Below, in pieces: positions 38,721-49,871 of a DNA stretch of 64,000 bases. Both the position numbers and the translations under genes were made by a program. The stretch's first letter is position 1. Each line of letters begins with the position of its first letter. The notes beneath the pieces were generated by a model. That model was not told the origin of the DNA. It worked only from the letters and a program-made list of their open reading frames with translations, and made no database searches. Source of the stretch: Pedobacter sp. (GTDB lineage: Bacteria > Desulfobacterota > Desulfuromonadia > Desulfuromonadales > Syntrophotaleaceae); contig JBFWJC010000001.1 of the NCBI GenBank assembly GCA_050253415.1, positions 416,001 to 480,000 of the forward strand. Direction: 5' to 3'.

Positions 38721-40547
38721 TCAGCGGCGTATGGCACCGATCAATTCGACCGCAATCTCCACCTTGCCAAACGGCGGCATGAGGTAAAAACCATCCACTC
38801 TGCCCCGACCGGCTTCGATCAACTCCCGGGCGATGTCCATCCCCCGGCGAACTCCTTCCTCGCCTTGCGTGCCGTGCATGCGTTTGCGTACGTCCTCCGG
38901 CAACAGGATGCCGGGCACTTCGTTATGCAGAAATTCGGCATTGCGTTCACTGACCAGCGGCAGGATCCCGACCAGAACCGGGATTCCCACGTCTTGCAGA
39001 CAATCGAGCATGGTGTCGAGGATAGTCGCTGAGTAGATCGGCTGGGTCTGGACGAATTGGGCGCCGGCCGCGATTTTCTTGGTTAAGCGTCGCAGTTGAC
39101 CGCGCATATCCGCAACATTGGGATTGAAAGCTGCGCCGGCCTGAAACTGCGTTGCGCCACCGAGGTCGCCACCCACCAGGGTGTGTCCGTTGTTCAGAGC
39201 GCTGAGCAGTTCCAGTAGTCCGATGGAATTGAGGTCAAACACGCTGCTGGCACCGGCTTCCCCACCCACCGCAACAGGATCGCCGGTTACCGCCAGTACA
39301 TTGCGCAGACCGAGCAGGTGGGCTCCCAGCAGCTCCGAATGCAGTCCGATCAAATTGCGATCACGGCCGGTGACATGGATGATGGTTTCGATGCCGATTT
39401 CGTCCTGAATGCGTTTGGCCAGGGCGATATTGCCCATGCGGATGCGGGCCAGGGGATTTTCCGCCAGGCTGATGGCATCCGCTCCGGCTTCTGCAAGGCG
39501 GCGGGAGCCGGCGAGTACCTTAGCGCAATCGAGGCCTCGCGGGGGATCGAGTTCCACCGTGATGATGGGACGCTTGCCCCATGCTGACAAAAATCCCCCC
39601 TGTAGCGGAACGGCCACGGTTTGGGGTGGCGGTTCTGCGGGGGCACGCAGTGCGACACGGGTTGCCGGTTTGAGATCGGATACCGCCGCGGCCAGCGCAC
39701 GTATATGTTCGGGTGTGGTGCCGCAACACCCGCCAACCAGGCAGGCTCCCGCCTCAACCATTTCCCGACCGCGGGCGGCAAAATATTCCGGGGTCGCCAG
39801 GTAAATATAACGGCCATCGACATACTCGGGGAAACCGCTGTTGGCGAATCCGGACAGGGGCCGGTCTGTGTGTGATGCCATGGTGCGCAACACTTCCAGC
39901 ACATCCTTGGGGCCGGATCCGCAGTTGGCTCCGACTATTGTCGCACCGGATGCGGCAAGACGTCTGGCCGCCTCGGCCGCGGCAACTCCTTCGCGGGTCC
40001 TGCCGCCTTCGAAAAAGGCCATCTGGGCCACCACCGGCAACCCGATCTGGCTGGCCACGGCGACGGCCAGTTCCAATTCTTCAAGGCTGGCAAACGTTTC
40101 CAGCAGCAGCAGGTCAGCGCCGCCTTCGGCCAAGCCTTCCATCTGTTCCCGAAACAGGCTGCGTCGTTCCTCGGCGTCGAGGTCGGCGGTTTCCCCAGGA
40201 ATGCGACCCAAAGGTCCGATGGCGCCAGCCACGAGTGCATCATAACCCGCCGCTTCTCGGGCCAGTCGCGCCCCGATGGCATTGACCTGATGAACCTGTG
40301 CTTCCAGTCCCACGGCAGCCAGACGCAAGCGGTTGGCTGCAAAGGTGTTGGTTTCCAGCAGTTGCGCACCGGCGTCAAGATAGTCCCGGTGCACCTGTCG
40401 TACGATGTCGGGTTGTTGCAGGTTCAGAACCTCGAAACAGGCGGCCAGAGGGACACCGCGGTTATAGAGCAGGGTACCCATGGCTCCATCACCCACGATG
40501 ACACCATGTTCCAAACGTTCTAAAAGACCCTTTTCAGCGCGCTTCAT
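38721..40547 (-). CDS. bifunctional homocysteine S-methyltransferase / methylenetetrahydrofolate reductase (YitJ-like)
   Basis: DGAMGT, GANC, GGCCGTTP; VELDPP, TGDP, NEVPG. Confidence 0.93.
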   Translation of the reverse strand: MKRAEKGLLERLEHGVIVGDGAMGTLLYNRGVPLAACFEVLNLQQPDIVRQVHRDYLDAGAQLLETNTFAANRLRLAAVGLEAQVHQVNAIGARLAREAAGYDALVAGAIGPLGRIPGETADLDAEERRSLFREQMEGLAEGGADLLLLETFASLEELELAVAVASQIGLPVVAQMAFFEGGRTREGVAAAEAARRLAASGATIVGANCGSGPKDVLEVLRTMASHTDRPLSGFANSGFPEYVDGRYIYLATPEYFAARGREMVEAGACLVGGCCGTTPEHIRALAAAVSDLKPATRVALRAPAEPPPQTVAVPLQGGFLSAWGKRPIITVELDPPRGLDCAKVLAGSRRLAEAGADAISLAENPLARIRMGNIALAKRIQDEIGIETIIHVTGRDRNLIGLHSELLGAHLLGLRNVLAVTGDPVAVGGEAGASSVFDLNSIGLLELLSALNNGHTLVGGDLGGATQFQAGAAFNPNVADMRGQLRRLTKKIAAGAQFVQTQPIYSATILDTMLDCLQDVGIPVLVGILPLVSERNAEFLHNEVPGILLPEDVRKRMHGTQGEEGVRRGMDIARELIEAGRGRVDGFYLMPPFGKVEIAVELIGAIRR

Positions 40548-41137
40548 GGTCTGGCTCCATACATCTCGCCCGACGGTAGCTGTCCGGTGCGTTGCAGAAA
40601 TTGGCGGAGAATGGCACCCGTCAACCCCCAGATCTCATAGGCATCCACGTTGAAAAAGCACACCGGATAAAGTCGTCCGAGGTGTTCCCAGCTTTCCGTA
40701 TGGTAGATGCGGGGATCGCACAACCGTTCCACCGGTATCTCGATGACTTCGGCGATTTCCTGGTGATTGACGGTAAAAGGATAACCGGCAGGGATGGTGC
40801 CGACGTAGGGCACAACATGAAAACCGTACACGGAAATAAAGTCATCCAAGCGTCCTAAAACCGTTACATCCTCGACTTTAACCCCCATCTCCTCTTCGGT
40901 TTCACGAAGCGCCGTGGCACAGCGGTCGGCGTCGTCGGGATGCGCCCGGCCGCCTGGAAAGGCTATTTCTCCAGCGTGATGGGGCAGATGTTCGGTACGC
41001 CGGGTAAACAGGATCGTGTCGATGCCGTCTTTAGGATAAATCAGCAGCAAGACCGCTGCCGGTTTGAGAACTCCGCGTTCGATACGACGGCAGGCATGTT
41101 GCGCCAGGTCCTGTCGGACCTGTTGGGGGTCCAGCAT
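40544..41137 (-). CDS. Nudix CoA pyrophosphatase
   Basis: AAVL, H.GEIAFPGG, ALRETEEEMG, IWGLT. Confidence 0.9.
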   Translation of the reverse strand: MLDPQQVRQDLAQHACRRIERGVLKPAAVLLLIYPKDGIDTILFTRRTEHLPHHAGEIAFPGGRAHPDDADRCATALRETEEEMGVKVEDVTVLGRLDDFISVYGFHVVPYVGTIPAGYPFTVNHQEIAEVIEIPVERLCDPRIYHTESWEHLGRLYPVCFFNVDAYEIWGLTGAILRQFLQRTGQLPSGEMYGARP

Positions 41138-41802
41138 TATTGGCCCTCTGCGGCTGCGCGTGCTTTAAGTGCGGCAATCGTGGCACCGTAGTTGTCGGTA
41201 CCGTAAACGGCACTGCCGGCAACCATGACTTCTGCACCTGCGGCGGCGATACGGGCAATATTATCCAGTTTGACACCGCCGTCCACCTCCAGTTCCACCG
41301 ACAGTCCACGTCGGTCGATCTCTTTGCGCAATGCCTCGATTTTCGGTAAGCAGGCAGGGATGAACTGCTGACCACCAAAGCCGGGATTGACGGACATGAT
41401 CAGTACCAGGTCCAGGTCGTCCAGAATCATATCCAGGCAGTTGATCGGTGTCGCGGGGTTAAGCGACACACCGGCCTTTTTACCCAGGCTGTGAATCAGT
41501 TGTACGGTACGGTGCAGATGGGGAACGGCCTCGTAATGTACGGTGATGATATCCGCACCGGCGTTGGCGAAATCGGCAATATACCTATCGGGATTTTCGA
41601 TCATCAAATGCACGTCAAGGGGCAGCGTGGTCACGCGGCGGGCGGCTTCCACGACCAAAGGGCCGATGGTGATATTGGGCACGAAATGACCGTCCATGAC
41701 ATCAATATGCACGTAATCGGCACCGCCGGTCTCGATGGCGATGATTTCGTCGCCCAGGCGGGAAAAATCAGCGGACAGAATGGATGGGGCGATCTTGATC
41801 AT
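41137..41802 (-). CDS. rpe: ribulose-phosphate 3-epimerase
   Basis: APSILSADF, HIDVMDGHFVPN, MSVNPGFGGQ, VDGG. Confidence 0.98.
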   Translation of the reverse strand: MIKIAPSILSADFSRLGDEIIAIETGGADYVHIDVMDGHFVPNITIGPLVVEAARRVTTLPLDVHLMIENPDRYIADFANAGADIITVHYEAVPHLHRTVQLIHSLGKKAGVSLNPATPINCLDMILDDLDLVLIMSVNPGFGGQQFIPACLPKIEALRKEIDRRGLSVELEVDGGVKLDNIARIAAAGAEVMVAGSAVYGTDNYGATIAALKARAAAEGQ

Positions 41803-41856
41803 GCTACTCTCCGTATCGAGGGAAGGTAAAAGTTAGACGAGCATTCGCCGCCTGGC

Positions 41857-43212
41857 TCACGAGCGTTTCTGAAAAGCTACCGCAAAAAAGGCATCCATGC
41901 CACCATGAAGATGCGGCAGGGTACGCAGAGCTCCAGCGTTGTCGAACAGTTCGCGCCATCCGTCAGGCATTTCGTCACGCAGATCGAGGCGTTCAAAATC
42001 AGGATGCTCGCTCAGAAAAGCTCGGATGACGCCGTCGGTTTCTTCGGTGCTGAAGGTGCACAGAGAGTAAACCAGACGGCCACCGGGGCGTAACAGCGGG
42101 GCTACGTTATGCAAAATAGTCCGCTGCAGCCGCGCCATCTGTTTCAGGTCGCCGGGTTTGCGCCGCCAGCGAATTTCCGGGTTACGCCGCAAGACACCAA
42201 GCCCGCTGCACGGTGCATCGACCAGGATGCGATCGAAACTTTCCGGCTTGAGAAAGTTGGGAGCACGGGTCAGGTCCCAAGCACGCCCTTCGATCCCCTG
42301 ACAGCCGAGGCGGGCTGCTCCGCTGGTGATCAACTCTACCCGTTGGGGGTGCAGGTCAAGGGCGACAATCTGGGCTTGATTACCCGCGAGAGCAGTTATG
42401 TGGGTGGTTTTCCCCCCAGGCGCTGCACAGGTATCGAGGATACGATCGCCGGGTTGAGGGGCCAGTAAGTGGCTTATCAGCATGCTGGCTTCATCCTGTA
42501 ATTGAAACAGGCCTTCAGCATGGCCGCTCAAGTGACGCGTTACGCCCTGGTTGATGCGTATCCCTTCGGGGGCAAAGTGGGTCGGTTCCGCCGTGCATTC
42601 GCAATCGTTGAGGATCTCGAGCAAAGCGTCGCGTTGAATTTTCAGTTCGTTGGTGCGTATGAAATACGGTGCCGGATGAAGCATGGCTTCTGCCAGGTCG
42701 CAGGCTTGATCAAGACCGAAATCGTCCAGCCACTGTTTTGCAAGCCAGTGAGGCAGGGAAAGCACATGCTCCAGATAGGCCAGCGGTTGCTCTTCGCGCT
42801 GGGGCCAGGGCAGCTGCGATAGCTGGCGAACCAGAGTACGCAGAATGCCGTTGATAAACCCTGTCGCTCGTTGCAGGCCGAGCCGCTTAGCCAATTCCAC
42901 GGTCTCAAAAACTGCTGCATGGGCCGGGATGCGGTCAAGCTGCAACAACTGGTAGCCGCCAACCCGAAGCAGGTTCAGCACCGCAGGTTCAACTTTGGCC
43001 AGGGGTTTGCTGCAAAGCTGCTGGAGGGCATAGTCGAGACGTCCGCGGTAGCGCAATACACCATAAACAAGTTCGGTTACCAGGGCGCGATCCCGAATAT
43101 CCATGCCGGGCAGGCTTTCCAGCGCACCATCCAGCGCCAGATCGGCAAAGGCACCGTTTTGCACCCTGTCGAGAATTTCGTAAGCAATAGTGCGGGGATC
43201 CTGTTCGATCAC
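41857..43212 (-). CDS. rsmB: 16S rRNA m5C967 methyltransferase
   Basis: NusB-like N-terminus, QDEAS, CAAPGGKT, DAPCSG. Confidence 0.95.
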   Translation of the reverse strand: MIEQDPRTIAYEILDRVQNGAFADLALDGALESLPGMDIRDRALVTELVYGVLRYRGRLDYALQQLCSKPLAKVEPAVLNLLRVGGYQLLQLDRIPAHAAVFETVELAKRLGLQRATGFINGILRTLVRQLSQLPWPQREEQPLAYLEHVLSLPHWLAKQWLDDFGLDQACDLAEAMLHPAPYFIRTNELKIQRDALLEILNDCECTAEPTHFAPEGIRINQGVTRHLSGHAEGLFQLQDEASMLISHLLAPQPGDRILDTCAAPGGKTTHITALAGNQAQIVALDLHPQRVELITSGAARLGCQGIEGRAWDLTRAPNFLKPESFDRILVDAPCSGLGVLRRNPEIRWRRKPGDLKQMARLQRTILHNVAPLLRPGGRLVYSLCTFSTEETDGVIRAFLSEHPDFERLDLRDEMPDGWRELFDNAGALRTLPHLHGGMDAFFAVAFQKRS

Positions 43213-43238
43213 AAATACATCCTCGTCCGATAGCGGAC

Positions 43239-43272
43239 AAAAGGCGGGGGCATGATCTTACATGCCCCCGCC
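43239..43272 (-). terminator. intrinsic terminator after htpX
   Basis: GGCGGGGGCATG/CATGCCCCCGCC stem, T4 on minus strand. Confidence 0.75.
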
Positions 43273-43297
43273 GGAAAATAGAGTCTGAATTCTGGTG

Positions 43298-44137
43298 CTA
43301 AAGCACGGTCATATTCTCAAGGCGCCGGATGCGTTCCTCAACCGGGGGATGCGTCGAAAAGAGGGATTTTATCCCGCCGCCGCGCAAGGGGTTGACGATG
43401 AACATATGCGCTGTTGCTTCGTTGACTTTCGGCATGGGCAGGCGGCTGTTGGCCATTTCGAGTTTACGCAGTGCATTTGCCAGATGATGGCCATTTCCAC
43501 ATAGCATGGCGCCGCCGCGGTCAGCAGCGTACTCCCGCGAACGGGATATGGCCATCTGTACCAGCATGGCGGCCAGCGGAGCGAATATGATCAGCAACAG
43601 CAATCCTAAAGGGTTGCCGTCATCATCGTCCCGGCCTCTAAAACCGCCGAACAACGCAGCCCATTGGGCCATATGCGCCATGTAGGAAATAGCCCCGGCG
43701 ATGGTCGCGGCAATCGATCCGATAAGGATATCGCGATGGCGCACATGGCTCATTTCATGGGCCATAACCCCCATCAGTTCTTCCTGCGTGAGAATCTGCA
43801 AAATGCCTTCCGTGGCTGCTACTGCGGCATGTTGGGGATTGCGGCCGGTGGCAAAAGCGTTTGGGGTCGGTTGCGGCAGAATATAAACCTTTGGCATAGG
43901 CAGGGAATTGCGCAGACACAACTGTTGCACCACGCTGAACAGCGGGCCGCTGGTGACTTCGCGGCCGCGGTACATGGCAATGACGATTTTATCGGAGAAC
44001 CAGTAAGAACCAAGGTTCATGACCGCGGCCATCACCAGGGCAAACAGAGCGCCGCCGCGCCCCCCCATCATTCCGCCAGCCCACACCAGCAACAGGGTGA
44101 GCACGGTCATCAGCATTACCGTCCTCAGTATATTCAT
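43298..44137 (-). CDS. htpX: zinc metalloprotease HtpX
   Basis: PNAFATG, HEMSH, SRSREY.AD, FSTHPP. Confidence 0.97.
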   Translation of the reverse strand: MNILRTVMLMTVLTLLLVWAGGMMGGRGGALFALVMAAVMNLGSYWFSDKIVIAMYRGREVTSGPLFSVVQQLCLRNSLPMPKVYILPQPTPNAFATGRNPQHAAVAATEGILQILTQEELMGVMAHEMSHVRHRDILIGSIAATIAGAISYMAHMAQWAALFGGFRGRDDDDGNPLGLLLLIIFAPLAAMLVQMAISRSREYAADRGGAMLCGNGHHLANALRKLEMANSRLPMPKVNEATAHMFIVNPLRGGGIKSLFSTHPPVEERIRRLENMTVL

Positions 44138-44366
44138 GGTACACCTCGCTTGATGACGTTTTATTTTTGTATCTTACTCAAATTAATTTGAGTCGCTAAA
44201 CACCGGCGTCCCGCTACGGCGTCGTTTTATGCGCCGCCCGAAATAACTACGGGATCGAAATCGCCATAAGGACCGGTATCGAAAAGGGGTGCAATGCAGG
44301 CACGAGGCGAAAATGTGCGATCCCGGTTTCGATTAGCTGAAGCGTAAGACAGAATCACAAGCTGTA

Positions 44367-45191
44367 TTATTTACTCACTACATAGGCATCCAGCGCTCGC
44401 CGCACAGCATCGAGATCGATGCGTGTATTGAAGCAGGGCCCTTCCGGGCGGGTATTGAACACACCGATGACCGGCAAGGGGTAGGCGTCCCGAATACCGG
44501 AGGTCAGGTCGCGTTCGCAGGCCACTGCCACCACCAGTCGGGGACGTTTTTCCATGAGCAGTTTGCGGGCCAGGGTTCCGCCGGTGGCGACAGCCAAGGT
44601 TACCCCCCGCTGTTTGGCCAGTTCCGCCAGATCGCCGATGTCGCAGCGACCGCAGCGGGCACATTTTTCAACGTCGCCGGTGACCTTGATGGCGCAGTCA
44701 AAAAGTTGCAGGCAATGCGGCAGCAGGATCATGGTCTTGTCGGCCGGGACCCGTAGGTTGCGTGAGCGCACCAGCTGATTATTGAGATTGATAAAGGAAC
44801 GCTGCAGTGCATCACGATCCAGACGCATAAGTGTGCCGATGACGATGACCGCTGGCATCAGATACTTGATCACTATGCCGCGTAGGCGTGGAAAGATGAA
44901 CAAGTCGCGCCCGCTGATCAGGGTTAGTGCGAGGAGTCCCAGCCCACCAAGTACTACGGTTACCAGGATCAGCATGGCCAGTCCGAACCAGTAGGGTAAA
45001 CGGGGATGGATGGAGGATAGGCCGACACTCGGCAGCCACCAGATCACAAACGCGCCAACAGCAAAAAGCCCTCCCACCAGTGCCAGCAATATCAGGAACG
45101 GGCGCTGCTGCGTGATTGTGTTTTGATCGGCCTTATCACAGGCGTCGCCACATGCTTTGCGACAGTTCTTGTTCTCAACCTTGCATGCCAT
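44367..45191 (-). CDS. DUF116-family membrane protein
   Basis: LPHCLQ, CARCGRC, AVACERDL, PCFNT. Confidence 0.8.
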   Translation of the reverse strand: MACKVENKNCRKACGDACDKADQNTITQQRPFLILLALVGGLFAVGAFVIWWLPSVGLSSIHPRLPYWFGLAMLILVTVVLGGLGLLALTLISGRDLFIFPRLRGIVIKYLMPAVIVIGTLMRLDRDALQRSFINLNNQLVRSRNLRVPADKTMILLPHCLQLFDCAIKVTGDVEKCARCGRCDIGDLAELAKQRGVTLAVATGGTLARKLLMEKRPRLVVAVACERDLTSGIRDAYPLPVIGVFNTRPEGPCFNTRIDLDAVRRALDAYVVSK

Positions 45192-45192
45192 G

Positions 45193-46140
45193 TCAGTCCC
45201 CCAGGCGTGCACCGGCCGATAGGCTGGTACCTCGCAAAAAATCACCAGCCGGCAGTTTTTTCTTGCCGGCTAACTGCAATTCTCGCACTCGCAGTACGCC
45301 TTGACCACAGGCAATACAGACGCCATCAGCATCGGCTGACAGAACGGTGCCCGGCTCTGCGGCAAGGCCTTCTTCAGCCAAAGTCCGCCCAAGCTTGAGC
45401 ACCTGTCCGTTCCACAGAGTGAACGCGCCAGGCCAGGGGCTTAATCCCCGCACAAGGTTATGAATAGCCTTGGCGGAACAACGCCAGTCGATGCGACCAT
45501 CCTCTTTTTTCATCATGGAGGCATAGCTGCTCTGGGCATCTTCCTGTGGTTCCGGTCTCAGAGTCCCGTCGCACAGTCGCAGCAGGGTTTCCTCCATGGC
45601 TTCGCGCCCGAGCAGCGACAGGCGATCATGCAATTCGCCCGCGGTTTCTTCGTCGCCGATTTCCGTGGCTCGCTTTATGAGCATGTCGCCGGTGTCGAGC
45701 CCGACATCCATGAGCATGGTGGTCACGCCTGTAACCTGTTCGCCATCCACTACCGCCTTATTGATCGGTGCGGCGCCACGGTAGCGCGGCAGCAGTGAAG
45801 CATGCACATTGATGCAGCCGTATCGGGGGATTTCAAGTACGCTCTTGGGTAGAATCTGGCCATAGGCAACCACCACGATGAGGTCGGGTTGCAGTTTTCG
45901 CAGCTGCTCTACCGCTAACGGATCGCGCAATTTTTCCGGTTGGAAAATGGGAATATCGTATTTGAGGGCCAGTTCCTTAACCGGTGGCGGTGCCAGTTGC
46001 TTGCCGCGACCTCGCGGGCGATCCGGTTGGGTGAAAACGCCGCAAAGATTAACGCCGGCTTCGATCAGGCCTTGAAATGTGGGCAGAGCGAATTCCGGCG
46101 TCCCCATGAAAACGGTGCGTATAGTGGAGGGATCGATCAC
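45193..46140 (-). CDS. fmt: methionyl-tRNA formyltransferase
   Basis: FMGTPEF, NVHASLLPRYRGAAPI. Confidence 0.97.
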   Translation of the reverse strand: MIDPSTIRTVFMGTPEFALPTFQGLIEAGVNLCGVFTQPDRPRGRGKQLAPPPVKELALKYDIPIFQPEKLRDPLAVEQLRKLQPDLIVVVAYGQILPKSVLEIPRYGCINVHASLLPRYRGAAPINKAVVDGEQVTGVTTMLMDVGLDTGDMLIKRATEIGDEETAGELHDRLSLLGREAMEETLLRLCDGTLRPEPQEDAQSSYASMMKKEDGRIDWRCSAKAIHNLVRGLSPWPGAFTLWNGQVLKLGRTLAEEGLAAEPGTVLSADADGVCIACGQGVLRVRELQLAGKKKLPAGDFLRGTSLSAGARLGD

Positions 46141-46652
46141 AACTCCTGCTCCTGTTGCTTCTGGATCTTCTGGTATTTTTTGCGGAAGATGCCTTTTTTC
46201 AGGGGAGAAAGGTGGTCCACGAACAGAATGCCGGACAAATGGTCGATTTCATGCTGGAAAGCGATGGCCAGGAGTCCGGTAGCTTCACGCTCCACCTGTT
46301 GTCCTTCCAGATTCAGATAACGAACCGTAACCTTGGCGCTACGCGCAATGCTTGTGTAGTATCCGGGGACCGACAGGCACCCTTCCTCTTCAAAGCTTTC
46401 GCCTTCACGTGCGATGATTTCCGGATTGACAGCGACGATCAGTTCCGATGCGTCTTTCGGTGCGCAATCAAGAACGATAAGGTTTTTGCTCACGCCCACC
46501 TGGGGCGCAGCCAAGCCTACCCCCGGTGCGGCATACATGGTCTCTGCCATGTCTGCTGCAAGGGTCTTGATTTCTTCGGAGATGTTGGCAATCGGCTCGG
46601 CTTTTTTTTGCAGTACCGGGTCGGGATAGTGCTTTATAGATAAAATAGCCAT
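46137..46652 (-). CDS. def: peptide deformylase
   Basis: GVGLAAPQ, EGCLS, QHEIDH. Confidence 0.98.
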   Translation of the reverse strand: MAILSIKHYPDPVLQKKAEPIANISEEIKTLAADMAETMYAAPGVGLAAPQVGVSKNLIVLDCAPKDASELIVAVNPEIIAREGESFEEEGCLSVPGYYTSIARSAKVTVRYLNLEGQQVEREATGLLAIAFQHEIDHLSGILFVDHLSPLKKGIFRKKYQKIQKQQEQEL

Positions 46653-46732
46653 GATATTAACCTGTTACAAAGAAAAAATGCATAAGTGAATTTCGGAATA
46701 CTTCTCATGATAATGGGAGGTTGCGCGCAAAG

Positions 46733-47629
46733 TCAACTGTCATGGCTGCCGCTACCTGCTGCGTTTAAGGCCTTCTGCATGGCAACGGCCATGCTGGCAG
46801 GACTCTCTGCTATCATTACGCCACTGTCTCGCAAGGCTGAGATCTTGTCCTCGGCTCGTCCGGCGCCGCCGGAGACGATGGCTCCTGCATGGCCCATGCG
46901 CTTGCCGGGCGGTGCCGTCATTCCTGCAATGTAAGCGGCTACCGGTTTACGCATATGTTGGCGGATCCATGCCGCAGCTTGCTCTTCGGCGGTGCCGCCT
47001 ATCTCTCCGATGAGAAATACACCCTTCGTATCCGGGTCGTCGTTAAATAAGCTGAGAACATCGATAAAGGAGGTGCCGATAATAGGATCGCCTCCGATTC
47101 CAACACAGGTAGATTGTCCTAGACCGGCATCAGTGAGTTGCTGTACTGCCTCATAGGTGAGGGTGCCGCTACGGGAGACCACGCCGATCGATCCCGGGCG
47201 ATGAATCTCTCCCGGCAGAATGCCGATTTTGCACTGTCCAGGTGTGATCAAGCCGGGGCAATTGGGCCCAATCAGGCGCATGGAACTGTCCGCCAAGGCT
47301 CGGTTAACCAGCACCATGTCGCGAACCGGAACGCCTTCGGTGATGCATACAGCCAAACGAATCCCGGCCTCGCTGGCTTCCAGAATCGCTTCGGCGGCGC
47401 CCGGAGGCGGCACAAAAATCATCGAAACATCTGCCTGGCAGGTTTCAACCGCCTCGGCAACCGTGTCGAATACCGGGATGCCGTCAACGTGCATGCCACC
47501 CTTGCCGGGTGTCACGCCGGCGACAATCTGGCTGCCGTAATCACGGCATAGCAGGCCGTGTCGGCGTCCCGAACTGCCGGTCAACCCTTGCACCACGATG
47601 CGCGAACGGCGATCAATCAGAATAGCCAT
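46733..47629 (-). CDS. sucD: succinyl-CoA synthetase alpha subunit
   Basis: [22 protein letters not shown]. Confidence 0.96.
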   Translation of the reverse strand: MAILIDRRSRIVVQGLTGSSGRRHGLLCRDYGSQIVAGVTPGKGGMHVDGIPVFDTVAEAVETCQADVSMIFVPPPGAAEAILEASEAGIRLAVCITEGVPVRDMVLVNRALADSSMRLIGPNCPGLITPGQCKIGILPGEIHRPGSIGVVSRSGTLTYEAVQQLTDAGLGQSTCVGIGGDPIIGTSFIDVLSLFNDDPDTKGVFLIGEIGGTAEEQAAAWIRQHMRKPVAAYIAGMTAPPGKRMGHAGAIVSGGAGRAEDKISALRDSGVMIAESPASMAVAMQKALNAAGSGSHDS

Positions 47630-47640
47630 TTTTCATTCCT

Positions 47641-48810
47641 TTAAGCGCTTGGGGCCAGTAGTTGCACAATGGCGTTGGCTGCGGCAGCCAGTCCATCCTG
47701 CCAGACGATATTCAGATCTGCCTGTTCCTCCAGCAGTTTCCGGCCTTCCTCCCGTCGTGCCCCGGCCATGCGTACCACAATGGGTATTTGGCTGTCGGTT
47801 TCTTTGGCCGCGGCGATGAGGCTCTCGGCAATAAGGTCGCAGCGCATGATGCCGCCGAAGATGTTCACAAGAATCCCTGAAACGTTAGGATCTTCCAGCA
47901 AGATGCGGAAGGCTTGCACCACTTTGTCCCGGTCTGCACCGCCCCCCACATCGAGAAAGTTTGCCGGTTGACCGCCACACTCGGTGAGCATGTCGAGAGT
48001 GGCCATGGCCAGACCTGCACCATTGACCAGGCAACCGATACGCCCATCCATTTTTATATAGGCGATGTCTGAACGTGCTGCCCGTACCTCCAGGGGATCG
48101 TACTGGCTGTCATCCTTCAAGCCAGCGAGATCCCGCTGACGATACAAGGCACTGTCGTCGATGGAAACTTTGGCGTCCATGGCCATTAACCGAGCATCCC
48201 CCGTAACGACCAGCGGATTGATCTCCAGCAATGACGCATCTTTTTCCAGTAAACAACGGTATAGTGCCAATATCAGTTCTACGGCTGCATCCGCCAGATG
48301 GCCTTCAAGTCCAAGGAAGCGGGCTATGCCCCGGGCATGAAAAGCGCGCAGGCCGACTAGGGGGTCAATGGTCAGGCGTCGCACGCGCTCCGGCATCTGG
48401 CGCGCGGTCTGTTCGATGTCCACCCCCCCCTCGGCGGAGGCAATGAGGCAGTAGCACCCTGTACTTCGGTCGAGGGTTAAGGATAGATACAGTTCTCGGG
48501 CCACTGGGACGATCTCTTCCACCAGCAGACTGTTCACCGGCAAGCCCTGCTCACCGGACTGTGCCGTTACCAGTCGTCGGTGTAATAAACCTCGAGCTAT
48601 CTCTCGGGCCTGTTCGACAGTGTGTGCGAGGGCAACGCCACCAGCTTTGCCACGACCCCCGGCGTAAATCTGGGCCTTGAGTACGCATGCGCCCCCAAAG
48701 GATGCCGCGGCCTGACCGGCTTCGTCGATTGAACAGGCAATCTGCCCGCGCGGTATAACGATGCCGTATTGGGCAAAAAGAGCCTTGGCCTGATATTCGT
48801 GAAGCTTCAT
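47641..48810 (-). CDS. sucC: succinyl-CoA synthetase beta subunit
   Basis: MKLHEYQAK, GGRGKAGG, NGAGLAM, NIFGGI. Confidence 0.96.
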   Translation of the reverse strand: MKLHEYQAKALFAQYGIVIPRGQIACSIDEAGQAAASFGGACVLKAQIYAGGRGKAGGVALAHTVEQAREIARGLLHRRLVTAQSGEQGLPVNSLLVEEIVPVARELYLSLTLDRSTGCYCLIASAEGGVDIEQTARQMPERVRRLTIDPLVGLRAFHARGIARFLGLEGHLADAAVELILALYRCLLEKDASLLEINPLVVTGDARLMAMDAKVSIDDSALYRQRDLAGLKDDSQYDPLEVRAARSDIAYIKMDGRIGCLVNGAGLAMATLDMLTECGGQPANFLDVGGGADRDKVVQAFRILLEDPNVSGILVNIFGGIMRCDLIAESLIAAAKETDSQIPIVVRMAGARREEGRKLLEEQADLNIVWQDGLAAAANAIVQLLAPSA

Positions 48811-48889
48811 TGGCAGCTGATCCCCGTTTTGTTGAACGACTTGATGCGATCACCTGTGACCCGGTATCGATTGAGCCAACGCCTGCAGG

Positions 48890-49537
48890 TTATTTTTGGG
48901 ATTTGTTCCAGTCGGACAGGAACCGCTCAATCCCGACATCCGTCAGCGGGTGCTTGGTTAATTGCATGATGACACTGAAAGGTATAGTGCAGATGTGAGC
49001 GCCGACCAGTCCGGCTTTAAGCACATGCAAGGGGCTGCGCACCGATGCCACGATGATTTCCGTATCGAATCCGTAATTTTCAAAAATGGTCAGGATCTCA
49101 TCAACGCCTTGCATGCCGTCATGGCCGACATCATCCAGGCGGCCGACAAACGGTGAGACATAAGCCGCCCCGGCCTTGGCGGCCAGCAGTGCCTGCAGGG
49201 GGGAAAAGATCAGGGTCATATTGACGCGTACGCCGTCCTTGGCTAAAACGCGGGTTGCCTTGAGCCCTTCGCCGGTCATGGGCACCTTGATGACGATATT
49301 AGTGGGATGGTATTGGAGCAATTCCCGCGCTTCGGCAATCATTCCTTCCGCGTCGGTTGCAACGACTTCTGCGGAAATGGGGCCATCGACCAAAGCGACG
49401 ATATCTTTCAATACATCGTTGAATTTGCGGCCGGATTTAGCTACCAGGGAAGGGTTGGTTGTAACGCCATCGACTAGCCCCATTTCATGCGCTGCTCTAA
49501 TTTCTTCAACGTCGGCAGTATCGATAAAAAATTTCAT
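48890..49537 (-). CDS. tal: transaldolase (short FSA/Tal type)
   Basis: [12 protein letters not shown] and SPFVGR (Glu/Phe pair of transaldolase rather than Gln/Tyr of FSA). Confidence 0.9.
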   Translation of the reverse strand: MKFFIDTADVEEIRAAHEMGLVDGVTTNPSLVAKSGRKFNDVLKDIVALVDGPISAEVVATDAEGMIAEARELLQYHPTNIVIKVPMTGEGLKATRVLAKDGVRVNMTLIFSPLQALLAAKAGAAYVSPFVGRLDDVGHDGMQGVDEILTIFENYGFDTEIIVASVRSPLHVLKAGLVGAHICTIPFSVIMQLTKHPLTDVGIERFLSDWNKSQK

Positions 49538-49603
49538 GCGAATCTCCTTCCGCCATAAGCGGTGAAAAGTACAGGCAATCAAAAAAAGTGTTTGCTACCT
49601 GAA

Positions 49604-49864
49604 CTATGAGCGATCTTTGGAATTTCCGAAACTTTTCAGGCATTCTTCAGAGCAGAAATAGTAGGTCTTTCCTTTTACTGCTTTTTTGAGGGCAAGGCTG
49701 CGAGGCACGAATATACCACACTGAGGGTCGCGAACCATGGGTTCTCCCTCTGGGCTTTTTTCCGGCGGTGGTTGGTGGGCGCGGCCCTTAAACAATCCTG
49801 AAATTGCTGTAACGATGTAATAACATAGCAGGAAAAGAAAAAACAGCCACAGTAAACGCATCAT
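49604..49864 (-). CDS. small membrane-anchored YHS/TRASH-domain protein
   Basis: N-terminal TM helix, DPQCG, YYFCSEEC. Confidence 0.75.
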   Translation of the reverse strand: MMRLLWLFFLFLLCYYIVTAISGLFKGRAHQPPPEKSPEGEPMVRDPQCGIFVPRSLALKKAVKGKTYYFCSEECLKSFGNSKDRS

Positions 49865-49871
49865 ATTAAAG

